DNA from: Octopus vulgaris
Taxonomy: Eukaryota
DNA: 64,000 bases
NCBI GenBank assembly: GCA_951406725.2
Contig: OX597821.1
Coordinates: forward strand, 26,164,001 to 26,228,000
Direction: 5' to 3'
Every line of letters begins with the position of its first letter. The stretch's first letter is position 1. Positions 12,370 to 25,613 of this stretch are shown piece by piece. The notes under the pieces were generated by a model that saw nothing but the letters and a program-made list of their open reading frames with translations, was not told the DNA's origin and made no database searches. Made by a program: the position numbers and the translations under genes.

Positions 12370-12760
12370 CAATTCCTCGCTCCCCCCCTTTCTGCGCCTC
12401 CCCTTCCTGCTCCTCCTCCAGCTTAACTCTCGAGAAAACCAGGAGGCAAAGTCGGGGAATCGGAAAGAGGTGAAGCATTATTATTGATTTAAAAAGAAAA
12501 ACTTTCCACTGACTACAAGCTATCGCTGCCGCTACCGCCTTCGCCGACGCCACCACCAGCTCTAGCACCGTTAACATCATCGCTGCCGCCGCTCACCTCT
12601 CTCTCTCCGTTCACTGTACACTGCCGCCGCCGCCGCCGTCTTCATCGCCTCTACCGTCAACCTCCATCGTCACTCGCTGCTGCGATGCGATTGGCTGAAT
12701 TGTACGACGAGAACGCTGAAAGATTGGAGGAATTTCTAGCGTTCTTTGTTGTGTTTCCAA
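12370..12760. promoter_or_regulatory. CpG/GC-rich unique segment with two reverse CCAAT (gattgg) motifs; possible regulatory region
   Basis: Locally GC-rich with (gcc)n runs and not matched to the repeat families here; function is inference only. Confidence 0.2.
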
Positions 12761-13292
12761 TGTTTTCTAATTCAATCAACCACGTGTCTTACTTCCACCC
12801 CAATCCTGCCAGACATTTTCATTATCATCGCTGTATATACCGAACACGGGTTCAAAATACCGAAAGATGGAGAAGATCAGCTTTCTATGTTCAACCAGCC
12901 AGCCAACCAGCCAGCCAACCACCCTCTCTCACTCATACACCTGCATGACTAAATCTCCACATAAAAACTGCATTAGATTATAAGTTGTGCAGCAATAGCA
13001 ACAGCAGCAGCAGTAGATCTACAGTAATACACTTGCAACAAAATAGAGGTGCACTGATGTATTGCCGTTTCCATATCTGCAGCTTCACTCAAGTGTGCCG
13101 GTGTAGCCAACTAGCAGAGTGCATCGTGTTTCTTCTACAACTTCGATGTCTATTTCTAAGTTATGCTTATTTCTAAGTATGTATAAATATATCAAGCTTG
13201 ATGTTGGCTAATATAGCATATATGTATTTTGATCATATACATAAGTGTGTGCGTTTGTGTTTGTGTGTATGTGTATAATATATATATATATT

Positions 13293-13417
13293 ACTCTTTA
13301 CTCTTTTACTTGTTTCAGTCATTTGACTGCGGCCTGCCGAACCGCTAAGTGATGGGGACGTAAACACACCAGCATCGGTTGTCAAGCAATGCTAGTGGGA
13401 CAAACACAGACACACAA

Positions 13418-13493
<76 letters not shown>

Positions 13494-13655
13494 GACAGGC
13501 TTCTTTCAGTTTACGTCTACCAAATCCACTCACAAGACATTGGTCGGCCCGGGGCTATAGTAGAAGACATTTGCCCAAGATGCCACGCAGTGGGACTGAA
13601 CCTGGCACCATGTGGTTGGTTAGCAAGGTACTTACCACACAGCCAAGTCTGCGCG

Positions 13656-13657
<2 letters not shown>
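13293..13657 (-). mobile_element. SINE B with internal deletion
   Basis: gactgcggcc joined directly to tgccgaaccgc (about 90 bp missing). Confidence 0.88.
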
Positions 13658-13704
<47 letters not shown>

Positions 13705-13740
13705 CACACACAAATATACATATACATACATACATATACA

Positions 13741-14032
<292 letters not shown>

Positions 14033-14699
14033 GATATGCCGCGTAGCATTTTGTTCGACGTGCTAACGATTCTCGTCGACGCTCGCCGCCTTTATGAGGG
14101 TATGTAATGAAATGTCTAATATAATACGGCTGACATCATAACATACTCGAGAATGTGACCCAGTTTCAATTCCCAGTTGCCGCTATTTCATTTCTATAAG
14201 AAATTCTCATGGAGCAAGAATGGACATTGCAACTGATTCTCCTCTTCACAATTCAACAGGGGTGGTCACAAAACGTCAAAAAACAACTAATCAAGAAATG
14301 TCAAGTATCTTATGATAATAAGCATTGTGCTCCTAACATAAGCACAAGGATTCAAATGTGGAAGAAGAGCATAGCTGATTATATCGACCCAGTATTTGAT
14401 TGGTACTTGATTTTATCGATCCTGAAAGGATGGAGGGCAAAGTTGACTTCGACAGGATTTGAATTCAGAACCATTGGGGCCCGCAATAAAATACTAACGC
14501 TCTAACTACTCTACCAGTCATTCTTCTTGTAATAGATACATTGTAGACCAGACATGGGTAACTTTTTTCTAGAAGAGGGCCACTTTGAGCTGTTTCTTCT
14601 AGTCGGTGTTATTCGGGCGCTCAGCTACGAGTCCACTACATTTTATAGTAGAAACACCTACAAGCTAATGAAGTTAATAAGATAACCATTTATTCCATT

Positions 14700-14868
14700 G
14701 TCATCTCATTTTGTTATTATCTCCCCTACTTTCCTTTCTGTGTCCCTTTCTGTAGAAGAGCGTAGGCTCGAAATGAAAAAGATTTTTTCTATTCCTGAGC
14801 GTTATACTAATGCATCTGTTTGTTTTGTACACCACCTGTCTTCGTCTTTTGTTTTTTTCTTAAACTTT

Positions 14869-14873
<5 letters not shown>
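14700..14873 (+). mobile_element. (TA)n-tailed short element family D with HHR-like motif (copy 1)
   Basis: cttt CTGTAGA a gagc gtag gctc GAAA tgaa aaag; shared with 24682, 28085 and 39930. Confidence 0.75.
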
Positions 14874-14923
<50 letters not shown>

Positions 14924-15139
14924 GTTTATGTGTGTGTGTATGTGTGTGTGTGTGTGTGTGTATGATTAAAATCAAAATAAGCAACAAGGGTATCCAGAGG
15001 TAATGCAGTACGATCGTTTCATGCGACTCCATTTAACTGAACAATGCACTCATAATCATTTTAATTTTGAAATTGTATGGATAATACCGCACTAAATTCT
15101 GGTGCCTCAACTTAAGTACCATATTCATCTGAATCTAAA

Positions 15140-15204
<65 letters not shown>

Positions 15205-15819
15205 GGTGTGTGTGTGTGTGTAAAATAACGAAGGCGGCTATACGCAATATAAAAACAAAAAGTAAAAATTCATATATACATATATACATACATACATATA
15301 TACATACATACCTACATACATAAATACCTACATACAAACATATGTGTGTGTGCGTGTGTGAGCGCGCGTGTCTATGCGTACGTGTCTGCGCGCGTGCATA
15401 TGTGTGTATGTATATGTGTGCGCGCGAGAGAGAGAGAGAGAGTGTATGTTACATGTGTGTGCGTGTTTGTATGTATCAATGTGCGTATGCATATGATAGA
15501 ATTTTGTGCATTTTCCGTCTAATAATTTCCATTCAGAAGGTAGAGATGAAGCCGAAGCTACAGTACAAGAAACTTGATGAAAGGTACCGTGCAAGGGGAT
15601 TGAACTCGGTTCCGTGTTCTTGCAAAGCGAACTTCTTAACCACACGGCCATGTCTGTGTGAAACCACCTGAGAAAAGAGGTACATTTCAGGAATCTAATA
15701 ATCGTTTAATTCTAATAAAAGAAATAGGGTATAAGAGGGTGAGTTAGGGGTCTGGGGACGGGTATATTTATTTCTCCTTATAAGCGATTGTTTGTTCTAT
15801 ATTATCTTATTAGCTTCAG

Positions 15820-16239
15820 GGTTCTTTTCGGTTTGAACGGCAGTTTTTTTCTAGCGGTGTCATATGAAATTGTCACCCATAATTATGACCCTAGTATCGA
15901 TCTATTGCATTTCAATCAGTTAGGGTTAGAGCTAGGGGTGGGGGGATGGGTATCTTTTTTTCTTCACAAATGTAAATAAACCCAATCTGTTTCTTAAACG
16001 AGGGACATATTCATACGGCACAGAATGTTTTTTTTACCTCAATGGACGTCAGTGATTGGTTGAAATTGTAGAAATTGAAGAAAAAAAACAACAAATATCT
16101 TACAAACTATAGAATTTTCTCAATAAAGCCAAGAGAAAAAAGATGTTTTTTAAACACATTCTACCAGTATACGAAGTTCAAAATTGTTTAGTTACGTGGA
16201 AATTATTTTAAAAAACTGCCGGTCAAACCGAAAAGATCC
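15820..16239. mobile_element. Non-autonomous DNA transposon (MITE) with ~30-bp TIRs
   Basis: ggttcttttcggtttgaacggcagtttttt ... aaaaaactgccggtcaaaccgaaaagatcc; possible 2-bp TSD (ag); internal ttagggttagagctaggg. Confidence 0.85.
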
Positions 16240-16483
16240 AGTTTCAGTTATTGGACAGCAGCCATGCAATGTCACTGCCTTCAAGAGATTTTTGTCGATC
16301 TGAACGAATCCCTTCCCTTTATCTTAACGATCTTCATTTAACGAATGATTAAGTCAGTTTAATGGACATAATTCGGCAGACTTATAACAACAAAGTATTT
16401 TTGTTTGATGCACATTTATATCAGATATGTCTGTTAATTTATGCAAATGCGCTAGTTTAGACCAATATATATATATATATATA

Positions 16484-17045
16484 CGAGGTGCTGGTGAGAA
16501 TTTCCTGGCTTTAAGGGTATCGTGAAAGGCTTGGTTGGAGGGTCAACCTTTCGAGTTCTTTCACAGGGCCGTAGCAGTAAGAATATCTTTATATATAAAA
16601 GAGAGGTTGTGTGCTGTCTGTCTCCTACGATTTAGATTCCTAACTACTCCCACATTTTGCGGTGCAGTTTAACCAAAACCGGGTATCTTATAGTCGTGAT
16701 TCATATCGAGCCCTTCTGGGTATTAGCGCGCGTCTACAATGAGTCTACGATTTAAAAAAAAATTTACCATCAATTTTTCCCATTTTTTAATGCATTTTTG
16801 GCATATATAAGAGAAGTAACTCTCTAAAAATTTATTATTAAATCTCAGAACGTAAAAAGCTACAGTAACACCCCCCCATTGTGGTTAGCCATATTGAGAT
16901 GGCTATTATACTTTACATCTCTAAAAATGCTTATATAGTTATTTCCCTTACAAACCCGAGCAACGCCGGGCGATACTGCTAGTTTTAAATAAAATCATAA
17001 TTAACTGATCCTCCTGTATTTTACCTAAAGCCAAGAATTTTTCAG

Positions 17046-17050
<5 letters not shown>
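16484..17050. mobile_element. Decayed mariner-like MITE interrupted by a Helitron
   Basis: Imperfect ends ta|cgaggtgctggtgagaatttcctggcttt ... aaagccaagaatttttcagtaccc. Confidence 0.5.
16586..16982 (+). mobile_element. Non-autonomous Helitron
   Basis: Starts A|TC, ends CTAG|T, subterminal hairpin cccgagcaacgccggg; 3' end shared with 58776-59156. Confidence 0.85.
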
Positions 17051-17086
<36 letters not shown>

Positions 17087-17309
17087 CAATCTCCGTCTCC
17101 CAAATTTCACTCAGAAGTCAAAAGCCAAGTCAACACAATGGTTGTTACAGAAATAGGATGAACGAATGTCATCTGTCATCATTCTCCTCAGATTTGACCA
17201 ACTTTTGTTCTGAAAGTTTTTCTTCTTTCTCTACGGCAAGATTATCTTAAAGCGGTTTTAAATATTAGATTTCTCTCATTCAGATCTTTTAGAAAAGTTT
17301 AATTATATT

Positions 17310-17522
17310 GGTTTCAAATTTTGGCACAAGGCCAGCAATTTGGGGGAGAGGGGTTAAGTCGATTATATTGACACCAGTGTTCAACTGGTACTTATTTTAT
17401 CGCCTCCAAAAAGATGAAAGGCAAAGTTGACCTCGGTATAATTTGAACTCAGAACGTAAAGACAGACGAAATGCCGCTAAGCCTTTTGCTTGGTATGTTA
17501 ACGGTTCTGCCAGCTCACTGCC
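17310..17522 (-). mobile_element. SINE A (short tail)
   Basis: Family A homology; other decayed copies at 10670-10830, 14330-14520 and 26850-27240. Confidence 0.85.
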
Positions 17523-18537
17523 ATGAAAAAGCTTAATTATATTAAATCATATTTTAAAATAACGGAGGTATGTCAATTTAAACACGATATCAGGCATTCC
17601 TTTTTTTTTTTTAGATCGAACCATTTTTTGTCCCTCCCTTCAGGGACAAAGATCGAACTCGAGATGATGAGGTTTCCAAGCGAACGTAACGATACTAATA
17701 TGTCTGAACCAATAAAAAGATATTGTAGGTTATGCCGAATTTCGAACTTGCGATCTTCTTCGTTTGAGTTATACGTGATCGTGCATTATTTGTTTAGCTC
17801 TTAGAAAGAATCATTTACCCTTTCTTCAATATCTAATAATTAAAAGGATTCATTTTACTGGTCCCTTAAATGCTTCTGATCGCCACTTTTTAAGCAAAAA
17901 CTCGCAACAGTCTAAGAGAATATTGACTTTCTGAACCCGACATCTATCAATGACAGACGAGTGCTGACTCTTTTACTCTGAAGCTTCTCCTGTCACCGCT
18001 GCTCCTCGGAGAACACTGAATCAAAGTTGTCTGCTTATTTACGAGGACGTCTCCAGGGTTCTTGACAACTAAAATCCGATAAGTGTCCAATAATAAAATA
18101 GACTTTGGGAAACTAGAAGTTTCACTTTGAAGATAAGAAATAAAAAATGAAAGGGGAAAAAAAAAGGAAACAAATGAGCAAACATAAAGAAAGAGAGGAA
18201 GAAAAGACGGTAAGAAGAGAAATGTAGTTGGAGAAAAAGAGTCAAAGATATTGAGAAAACATTTGCATGATCGGCAAATGAAATATCGGTATTTAGTAGA
18301 AAGCAAAAGTGAAATATTTTAGAATTTCTTGAGAAGAACGATTTACTGTTATCCTCGCACAAGAACTCTTGACGTCCAAAAGTCGTTCAAAGATCCTTCA
18401 GTTATGGGTTAGACCAATACTGCTCAAAATAGGAAGTATAATCCCCTGGGGGTCGTGGTGGAAGCGTTGGAAAATTTCATATGGGTGCTGGGGACAAATG
18501 GGGCTGTAGAGGGGGGGGGCACAGATATAGCTTTTAG

Positions 18538-18746
18538 TCTTTCTGTTACCAACCCGCCTGAAACTGCCCTTGGTACTATGATACAAAGTCAATGTTTTAA
18601 AATGATATAATTCAAAATTTCGCAATAATCCATATTCCAAACACTAGCTTAATAATGATAAAGTTATTTTACAAAATTCTTCAACATTTTCGAAATTAAT
18701 TGAAACAAAGTCTGTGTATTTCAACAGAAATATGGTAACAAAGGGG
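18538..18746. mobile_element. Possible piggyBac-like MITE
   Basis: Right end ggtaacaaagggg|TTAA; degenerate left end ttag|tctttctgttacc. Confidence 0.4.
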
Positions 18747-19724
18747 TTAATTGCTCTGCTTTTCAAACATATTAAAAATTTTTTATTGTGTGCGAATCAT
18801 CTGTGATATTAGTAGTCAAATATTGTTTTCACGTTTCAAATAGTCTTTTGATGGAGATCAACATGTCGGCTGATGAAGTGTTAGTAAAAGGAATTAGGCA
18901 ATAGTTGAAAAATATTTGAAAATCAGTGTTGAGCTATGCTTCGCTGAAGAGGTGTATTAAGGCAGAAACGTTTTCGGTATAAATGAATTCTAACGTAAAT
19001 TCATTCCAAACATCAGACTCACTCCCCTTGTATACAGCTTAATTTTAGACAATTTAAATTTCGGGGCTCTGTACTCTACCTCTCTCGTCAAGAAATGCCT
19101 TTAACACTGATGACGTGTTTATTTTCATGACGGGTGTAATTACATTAAAAAATAGTTTTGCTTCACTGTAACATATTAACCCGCATTTTTTCAAGTAGGG
19201 GTCACCATTGAGACATTATCCAAAATCACTATTACGGTGTTTCTCAAGTTTTGACGGTTCATGTTCGTTCGTGTGTACATCAACATGAACGAACAAAGGT
19301 AGTATGTATATATTTCTATTATCTTTCACTAGTTTCAGTCATTTGACTGCGACCATACTGCAGCACCACCTTAAAGGATTTTAGTCGAACATGTCGACTC
19401 CAGGACAACTTTTAAAGCCTCATACTTATTCTATCGGTCTCTTTTGCCGAACCATTAAGTTATGGAGGGTGCAAACACATTAACACCGGTTGTCAAGCGG
19501 TGATTGGGGACAAACACGGAGACATACATACACACATAAACACACACACACATACATACATACATACATACATACATACATACATACATACATACATACA
19601 TGCATGCATCCATCCATCCATCCATCCATCCATCCATCCATACATACATACATACATACATACATACATACATACATACATACATGCATGCATACATACA
19701 TATATATATGTATGTGTTTTGCCT

Positions 19725-20300
19725 CGTCATAAATGTGGCATCTCGGCTTTCTGCTCTAAACTGCAACGAATATCAGTCTATCATTCTGGAAGTCGATCAC
19801 ATGAGGGATAGCTTCGATACTACTCATCGGCCTGCATCGATAATCCCATTCCCGTGCCTGACCAATTTTCCTTTCCCATTTTGTGGACTTGGAAAATTAT
19901 AGTTTTATTCTCTGTGTTGTATAATACGGTTGCCACCAGCAAAGAGATGTCCACTTCTGATAGTTCATCTCTTACCATTATTTTAACCACCCTCCTACCG
20001 AGGTATGTCGGAATTAGCCAGAATTCTTCAATTTTGAAGGTTGTTATTACACTTTCTTTGGCCTTGTCGTCAGTTGTGAATCTAACCCCAACTGTGCTAA
20101 AGCGTTTCTCACGGGCGACATAAGTTTTTCTCTATCACAAATTGCTCTTAGGCATTTTCCGATCTGGGTCTGTGCTTGTATATAATAGTTTCGTTCTATT
20201 ATCTTATTTTATTTCCTCTGCCGTGATTAGAAATACTATTCTGTGTTAAGTGTGCTTTGGCGTCACTTAATGTTTCTTTTCTGACTCGTCGACTTCCTGT
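19725..20300 (-). pseudogene. Decayed ORF1 (gag-like) of a non-LTR retrotransposon
   Basis: Minus-strand translation ...FWLIPTYLGRRVVKIMV...IFVAV*SRKPRCHI, resembling the ORF1 region just before a zinc knuckle; contains stops and a frameshift. Confidence 0.45.
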
Positions 20301-20869
20301 AGTCGATTACACTCTTGTGCGAAACCGTTCACATTTTGTTTAGAAATAAGAACGATCACTGTTTCCATTGTATTGATATTGGTTTTTTGTGGTAGCAGTG
20401 GTAGTGGTGGTGGTCATGTTGGCGTTGGGGGTGGTGGTCAAGGTCGTACTTGTTTTATTTTAAATTTTACCTTGCTCGTCATTGCTGCTTCTGTCACTGT
20501 TGTTGTTGTTGTTGTCGCTGCTGCTGCTGTTGTTGTCTGTGATGTGTCTCTCGATCACATCAGTTAGTGGTGGCAGAATAATATCCTAATGGTTGTTCTA
20601 GCGGCCATTACCTCCCTCGATTTCGGAAGCCATTTTGTTATTTTTACTTTAAAATATTAGATTTTAAATTCTAAATCTCAAAAGTCGCCCTTTAATGGCA
20701 ATTTTTTTTTTGCAGACCAACTCGCTGTAAGCAAAGCGAGCTGGCTTATTTAGTAAAGAGTCCAACAAAAATTCGAATACCAAATTACAAAACAATAAAT
20801 TTCAAGGAAAAATTACAAGCCACGAACAAGAGTGCTCTCTTTCCAGCCACAAATACATAAATAAATAAA

Positions 20870-20920
20870 CAAATAATAACAATAATAATAATAATAATGA
20901 TGATGATGATGATGATGATG

Positions 20921-20984
<64 letters not shown>

Positions 20985-20996
20985 TAATAATAATAA
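20870..20996. repeat. (AAT/GAT)n microsatellite
   Basis: Direct reading. Confidence 0.95.
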
Positions 20997-22027
20997 TTAG
21001 GGAACTTGGCATTAATCCTGAATTAGATGAAGAACCTCAAACCACTGCCATGATAAAGGCAAAACGGATTAAATAGACTACAAAAAAGAACGGGCAGAAA
21101 CAAATTAAGGAGTGTTGGAGCCAGAAGCCTCTGCATGGACAGTATATGCTTCGAAGCCTAAATACTGATGTAGACCGAGCAACAACCCATCAATGGCTGA
21201 GAAGCTCAGGGCTGAAAACAGAGACTGAAGGTTTTATATTGGTGGCACATGAAAGTTTGATTACCAAAAACTACCAGGCTAACGTTCTCCAAAACGGTTC
21301 TGACGATAAATGAAGATTCTGCGATAAATTTGATGAAACAATAAACCATCTCGTCTCGTGCTGCCCTGTGCTGACACCAAACGACTGCAAAAATCGCCAC
21401 GACATGGTAGGACAGAATTTACATTGGAAAATATGTAAACACTACAAAATCAGCACTCCTGCTTATTGGTATGAACATCATTCTGAGCCAGTTGTTGAAG
21501 GTAAAAATGTCTCTATCCTTTGGGGTTGTCCAGTCAACACCGACCGAACGATCCAGGCTAATAGACCAGACATAGTCATTAAAGACAGAGAAGAAAATAC
21601 TTGAAGACTAATAGATGTAAAAGTTCCCACTGATAAAAATATATTTGTAAAGGAATTCGACAAACTAAGTAAATATAAGGACGTGAGAATTGAAATACAA
21701 AAGATGTGGCATCTTAAAGCAAGAACTGTTCCTGTTATTGTGGGTGCCCTAGGTATGATAAGAAAGGGATATCAGAAACATCTAGATAATATCTCAGATA
21801 ATATCTAGATAATGTTTCAGAGAAATCCAAAAGATTGTGCTGACAAGTATTGCTCACATCCTTAGAAAATCCCTATTAATTTAAATGTATGTGTTGCATT
21901 ACATGAAAATATTTCGCTACCACTTTCCCTCCCCAACTTTTCAGTCATACTGTAGCTTCTCTTATCCTTTACTCGCTGGGTGAGTCTAGGTGAGTGATTG
22001 CAACAAACATGCAGATTAAAAGTAATT

Positions 22028-22028
<1 letters not shown>
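20997..22028 (+). mobile_element. R4/Dong-clade non-LTR retrotransposon, 5'-truncated and decayed
   Basis: WSQKPLHGQY...LKTETEGFI...RFCDKFDETINHLVSCCP...RHD...NRPDIV...IDV...KLSKYKD...VPVIVGALG (CCHC + restriction-like endonuclease). Sits beside (TAA)n, the known Dong target. Confidence 0.9.
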
Positions 22029-22064
<36 letters not shown>

Positions 22065-22364
22065 GCAAAAACAACAATCCTTTCTATTATAGGTACGAGG
22101 CCTGAAATTTTGGGGGAGGGGATCTAGTTGGTTTGGCTGCTAGCATTTCAAAAATTAAAGTTTATCAAAAAATTTTTAATTTGGCACAATAATATACTTT
22201 TCCAAGCTGAATTGCTGGAGTTATTTCACTTTTTCCAGAAACATGTTTATAAAAAGTTATAGAGGTTTAAATTTAGATCATTTTCACCCACTCAGGAAAT
22301 AGGATTTAGAAGCTGTCATTTTGTGCGTGACTGCACATTTTGTCATCAACATCTTGAAAATAGC

Positions 22365-23690
22365 ACATGGAAAAACCCATAAAAACCACGGGTGTCTGGT
22401 CAACAGAGCAAGAGCCCTTTCTCCTTTAATACTTCTGTTTTTTTTTACAGGTGTAAGCTCAGAATTGGTCCATTCATACTGGCCATTTTTCCGACATTCA
22501 CCCGCCTTTCAACAAATTTGCTAGAAGACAACACTTCCCTCTCTAATCTCACATTCCTTTTCAAGTGGAACTCGAAAACGTTGATGTCCCCTCGGCCAAA
22601 GAGGAAAGTGCCTGACTTTAGCCCTTTCAAACGAGTCCACCATACCACTTCTTTCGCTACAGCCACCAGACAAATGAAAATTGCCTTCCTCTCCCAGTTG
22701 ATATCTAGATCTGTCCTACACGGAACATCAGCTGTTCGACATAAACTCACATACCAGGAATACTCGGGCACTGGACGAGCGCAGAACGGTTTCGTGGCTC
22801 TGAGCGCAACTCGGGCTGGTCCGGCTAACAGCACTTCCGTGCCTGTAAAGTTTATCCCGAACAGGCAGCGCCCCTCGGTTGCACTACCAGGCGAGGGACT
22901 TCTGGAAGTTATCCATAGGCTCCGGCCCGAAAGTTCTCCCAGACTCTCAAAACAGGCGCCTAGTGTTTCCCCGAGAACGTCGTCACACTTTTCCTCCACT
23001 AACCCTCTATAGAACGCTAGGGTGGAACTATTACCGATCGCATTGCCCAGCCGGCGGAGGGCCGTGAGTGCTTGACGGCACTCGAGGTGCCAAGCGCCTT
23101 TTCTCGGTCTACGCTTGATCCAAGATTGCAGCTCGGTCAAAGAGACGAGCTGTGGAAATGCGAGTCTGACAAGCAGTGACCACACCTGCTCACCGTCCAG
23201 GAAACACTTGAGATGCCGTAGCCTGAGTGCATGTCTGCGCAACAGCAGCCACGACATGCCAGGCCTACCTTCAGAGACTCTTGACAGCAGATGGATCGCC
23301 TGACCCGTGGAACCTGTCCTTTCCACTTTCTGTGGAAGGGTAAGCGCACTAGTTTCGTCAACCAGCAATCGGGGCAAGGGACGACGGTCAAGCGGTTATA
23401 GATGACGGATGCGATGTACTCATTCGCCACCGCGGTTCTTCCTTTCAGGTACAGCTTCCTCTCGGCCCATTTCTGGATGAGATTGGCCACCCTGTTCGTC
23501 ACCTCATCCCAGTTTTTCTGTACTTGAGGGTCAGGACCGAACTAGACCCCGAACAATTTAACTGGACCGTCTATCCAACGCCCCAGGACGCTGTTGGACG
23601 GCATAGACTTGCCTCTTCAGGTGCCGAGTTGCAAGCCCACTGACCCTTCCGCGTTAATTTTTGCTCCTGTGACCGCTTCATATTCTTGTC
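22365..23690 (-). mobile_element. Tx1/L1-like LINE, ORF2 C-terminal part, decayed
   Basis: W..RKL.LKGR..VAN.YIASVIY.RL, frameshifted zinc-finger region; homologous to 62037-63310. Confidence 0.85.
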
Positions 23691-23711
23691 ACGTTTATAT
23701 GTCCGTGGCTC

Positions 23712-24153
23712 GACAAGACCTACCAGAAACTGAGCAAATATAAAGATCTTGAAATAGAAATCAGCAAAATGTGGAACCTGAAGACTAAAACAATACCTGT
23801 TGTCATAGGTGCCCTGGGAATGATAGCAAAAGGGGCTGATTGCTACCTCACTCAGATACCAGGAAACCCCAAAATGGCAGAAATTCAAAAGATAGTGCTC
23901 ATGGGAACTACTCATATCCTACGCAAAATACTTTCTATGTAATCTCAAGTTTTAAAACAAACATAATTTTCGTATGGTTTTTTAGGCATTCACTAGTACA
24001 ACACTAAATACAAAACCAAATATATGGCACCCTAGGCATAACACCAACACGAACTTCCAACTTGTTATCTCTTGAGGTCTCTGGGTGAGACTTGGAGCCA
24101 GCTTGTGTGAATGTAAAGCAAAAGTCAAACATAGAATAACAATAATAATAATA
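23712..24153 (+). mobile_element. R4/Dong-like 3' fragment with (AAT)n tail
   Basis: KLSKYKDLEIEISKMWNLKTKTIPVVIGALG...EIQKIVLMGTTHILRKILSM*, then 3'UTR. Confidence 0.88.
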
Positions 24154-24430
24154 ACCAAAAACAGATTAACTGTATTTTTACTCTGCGTGGTCTAACAAGC
24201 GATAAAACTAGAACTGGCATTTTGCCATAATAAAACTAAAGGCGCAGTGTTCGGTCACAAGATAGGGTAAGTAAGATAATAAACGAACAGTCGTTCAATG
24301 CTCAGATGTGAACAGTCTCTTTAACTGCATCGAGAGACAAATAAAATCAATAAAAATGAGATTCACTTTGAATTCCTTTTTGCGTTGCTATCATAGTCCG
24401 GTTTCTGTATTATGATTCTTTTATTCTTTT

Positions 24431-24461
<31 letters not shown>

Positions 24462-24681
24462 AAAAAGTTTCATTCATTGGACTGCGGCCATGCTGGGGCA
24501 CTGCTTTAGAGGATTTTTTTTAGCTCAACAAATCGAATCCAGTACTTATTCTATCGTATCTTTTTTCCCGCAGAACCCTTGTCACGGGGATGTAAACAAA
24601 GTGATGGGGAACAAACAGAAACACGCGCGCGTACGCAAACACATACAAACACACACACACACACACCTATGTATGTATATG

Positions 24682-24919
24682 CTTCTGGCCGAAATCAGAC
24701 CGCGCCATGTTGAATCGTTAGCTCCTGCACGCATTTTTTTTCTCTCCTTGTTTCTCTCCGTGTTTTTTTTTCTGTGTATCTTTCTGTTGAAGAGCGTAGG
24801 CTCGAAACGTAAAAGACTTGTTTTATTTCTATTCCTGAGCGCCATACTAATACAATTGTTTGTTTGTACTCCACCTGCCTTCGTCTTTTGTTTATTTTCA
24901 TAAAGCTTCCCGTTATATA

Positions 24920-24920
<1 letters not shown>
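24682..24920 (+). mobile_element. Family D element with HHR-like motif (copy 2, best preserved)
   Basis: tcttt CTGTTGA a gagc gtag gctc GAAA cg TA aaaga at 24779-24816; followed by (TA)n. Confidence 0.8.
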
Positions 24921-24996
<76 letters not shown>

Positions 24997-25078
24997 TTTG
25001 TAGGTCCCAGGTTGATTCGGGGTTAACCACAGTAAAGATTTCTCTTGAATGAAACAGTTCTAGTCCTGTAGAAGCTCC

Positions 25079-25124
<46 letters not shown>

Positions 25125-25127
<3 letters not shown>

Positions 25128-25457
25128 TATTTTACTCTCATTCTGGTCTAACGACCCGCTATGTTTGTTTTCGTTCGCTTTCCTTGTATGTCTCCACTGT
25201 CCTGTTTTTGTTCTCAACTTTGACCCTCCATAAATCCAAAATTTCATTTTGGTTTTTATGGGACCAACCGTCTTCAAAGATTCATATTGTCGATCAATTC
25301 TCGAAATGGGGAGTAGATAGACAGCTGACAACTGATGACGGGTCGTTCATTGTGTTACTTGCCTGTTTTCCATTTTTTCTCTCGTTGTTTGCATATTTAA
25401 CTATTTTGTTTTCGTATTTCATGTTGTTTACTGTTGCTAACGTCCTGTACCTTTATA

Positions 25458-25460
<3 letters not shown>
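25125..25460. mobile_element. Short T-rich element embedded in (TA)n, possibly PLE-derived
   Basis: (TA)n on both sides; contains ctgatgacgggt and resembles 48320-48505 in layout. Confidence 0.4.
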
Positions 25461-25500
<40 letters not shown>

Positions 25501-25613
25501 ACCTGCTCGCTTAGCCAGCGGGGTGGCGTCATTTAAAGGCTAAAACAATGCGAACCGCATTGTGACCAGCGATGTATAGCAACATCTGATAGCCTGGTCG
25601 GTCACGGTGATAC

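Noticed and set aside
15918-15940. Interstitial telomere (ttaggg)
   Set aside because: Only 2-3 degenerate units, and they lie inside a MITE.
19800-19845. HHR-like agg-CCGATGA...GAAG-ctaTC-cct on the minus strand
   Set aside because: Several core defects, and it lies inside a decayed LINE ORF1 reading frame, so likely coincidence.
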